The notes under the pieces: generated by a model
The model's input: the letters and a program-made list of their open reading frames with translations, nothing else
What the model was told of the DNA's origin: nothing
Databases searched by the model: none
NCBI RefSeq assembly: GCF_001194135.2
Contig: NC_068982.1
Location: forward strand, 59,097,270 to 59,161,037
Reading direction: 5' to 3'
Length of the DNA stretch: 63,768 nucleotides
Source of the DNA: Octopus bimaculoides
Lineage: Eukaryota
Shown here: one piece after another, positions 61,786 through 63,768 of the stretch
How positions within the stretch are numbered: position 1 is the first letter of the stretch
Layout: each line of letters begins with the position of its first letter
Translations under genes and position numbers: made by a program

Positions 61786-63559
61786 CTCTATGTGTTCACA
61801 AGATATTCTAGAAATAACAGCTAAATCAACATCAAATTACACCCTCACCATCTTGGGAAATAGAAAGGATACATAAGGTAATATATCCTACATTCCTTTA
61901 AAAAGAATAGCATGATAAGGGTTATGGTTGGCGTACTTTTTGATTTAAGGTTTGGTCAAAAATGGTTGATCTGGGGCTGAACAGTGACAACTAAAACAAC
62001 TACTACTTTAATTTGATGACTAAATCTTGTACACGGGTTCATTTCTGTTCAGTAAACTCATTCACAAGGCTTATTAAGAGGTCAAGTCAAGTCATACCCT
62101 TAACATTTCTGCCAGTGAGGCATTTGAATATTTTGGCTTATTTTTTCTATTCTTGAAGTGCAAGTCATGCATAAAATTATTGCAATACGTTTATACATAC
62201 ATACACACTGGCCATGTAACAACACATGTGCTTTTTTCCAGACTATGCACTCCTCTCTCCTTTTCCTCCTCTCTGAACTTTTCCACTTTCTGACAAAGAG
62301 CCATGCTTGAAATATCACTCCTACTTTTTCCATCTAAAACTTTCACTCAACGTCAATCTAATACATTAATATATTTACTGTGCATGTTCAATTGACTATT
62401 GACTTCTGTTGCTTTTTTCTGTTTTTTTTTTAATTTCGATTTTCCTATATATATATATATATATATATATAAAGGTTATGAAGGGTAATGGAGTCAACCA
62501 GACCCTAAAGATACAGGTAATAATACCAAGTAAGTGCTGTATACCAACTAGTTTTGCCCCTGATGTGGTTGCAACATGAATGGGGAATATAACATGGGTC
62601 GTGTATTAGCATGTGCATATATATAAAAAGAATGAGATAAAGAGACCAATGGCATAAGTAAATTTATATTTTATGTAGAATGCATTGAATTTTCCCTGAA
62701 GCAGCTGTAAGACATTCNNNNNNNNNNNNNNNNNNNNNNNNNNNNNNNNNNNNNNNNNNNNNNNNNNNNNNNNNNNNNNNNNNNNNNNNNNNNNNNNNNN
62801 NNNNNNNNNNNNNNNNNNNNNNNNNNNNNNNNNNNNNNNNNNNNNNNNNNNNNNNNNNNNNNNNNNNNNNNNNNNNNNNNNNNNNNNNNNNNNNNNNNNN
62901 NNNNNNNNNNNNNNNNNNNNNNNNNNNNNNNNNNNNNNNNNNNNNNNNNNNNNNNNNNNNNNNNNNNNNNNNNNNNNNNNNNNNNNNATATATTATATGT
63001 CAAAGCAATCCATATATATATGTTAATGCAATAGAAATAATTGTCGGCTTTATAAGGTAAGATATATAATAAAGATGTAAATTTCTTTATTTGCATTTTT
63101 TGTAGTCAAATATACTGAATTTCTTATAATTCTTCTAAGGATATTTGGATTTACTTGTCTTGCATGAGGATTTACCTGGGCTCTGTATTCTACTTACATT
63201 TGCTGGTGTCTAAGTGTTGAACATTGGTAACCAAATTCTTTTAATACTAAGTGCTTTGTTGATATCTGCCAGGATTTTTTAACTCCATTTTTCTTCTAAT
63301 TATATATACAAGATGGTACTTATTGTGGCTATGAGTTGTTTTGACTCTTATTTCTAGCAATAATGGTGTTGAATAGGGTTCTCAGTCACTTTGGTAATGT
63401 ATATATTTTTGCCTTGTTGACAAGCCCCCCTTATTATATATATACATATATATATATTTTAAGAGATAAATTTTGAAAGCTGCATTCCCTCGCTTTCAGT
63501 AAATATGTTGCTTATTTTTTGGTAGTTTTTGACTTATTTAGTCCCTCGAAGCGTGAGGC

Positions 63560-63716
63560 ATTACTACACAGTTAATGCCCTTTATATATAATTATTTATA
63601 TTTATGAAGAAATGATGAATTTTTTCATTACAAAATTTTTCGTTATTTTTCATTTTGAGGTTTTTTCACGCTGACTACTTGATAAATTCTTATAAAGAAT
63701 TTATCCTATATTATAT

Positions 63717-63748
<32 letters not shown>

Positions 63749-63768
63749 ATATATTAGGGATAAAAATC
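63560..63768. mobile_element. Two AT-rich element ends meeting at a (TA)n tract
   Basis: ...GAATTTATCCTATATTA then (TA)n then TAATATATTAGGGATAAAAATC. The latter resembles the reverse complement of GATTTTGTCCCTAATATTA at 17779-17797. Confidence 0.5.

Noticed and set aside
62200-62333. Minus-strand exon candidate DGKSRSDISSMALCQKVEKFREEEKER
   Set aside because: The acceptor is weak, the donor falls within a TATG repeat, and the phase 1 join to 57906 would create TGA.

Overview
AT-rich, microsatellite-dense animal genomic DNA with 12 N-gaps. By inference from the SINE families and simple-repeat load it is most likely a coleoid cephalopod (Octopus-like) draft assembly. No long protein-coding ORF is present: the ORF track is almost entirely microsatellite, gap or transposon translation. 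The window is an intronic or intergenic mosaic of four tRNA-derived SINE families plus an older SINE-like family, RTE-clade and R4/Dong-like LINE 3' fragments, decayed mariner, maT/Tc1, hAT and Helitron coding remnants, and many hAT, piggyBac and mariner MITEs, several with recognisable target-site duplications. The most notable signal is a set of type I hammerhead-ribozyme-like motifs (CUGANGA...GAAA...NUH) in at least five unrelated repeats. Those at 30994-31036(-) and 16652-16712(-) are structurally nearly complete. Several sit in foldback or inverted-pair arrangements or abut (TA)n tracts, as expected for Penelope-like or retrozyme-like elements. Other observations are two (TAA)n nests of same-orientation SINEs with Dong-like fragments, a mosaic templated insertion inside a SINE, a near-perfect 64-nt hairpin, and a tentative chain of phase-compatible minus-strand micro-exons of an unidentified gene. 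Family names SINE-A, B, D, E and F are working labels only. All alignments and folds were done by eye.
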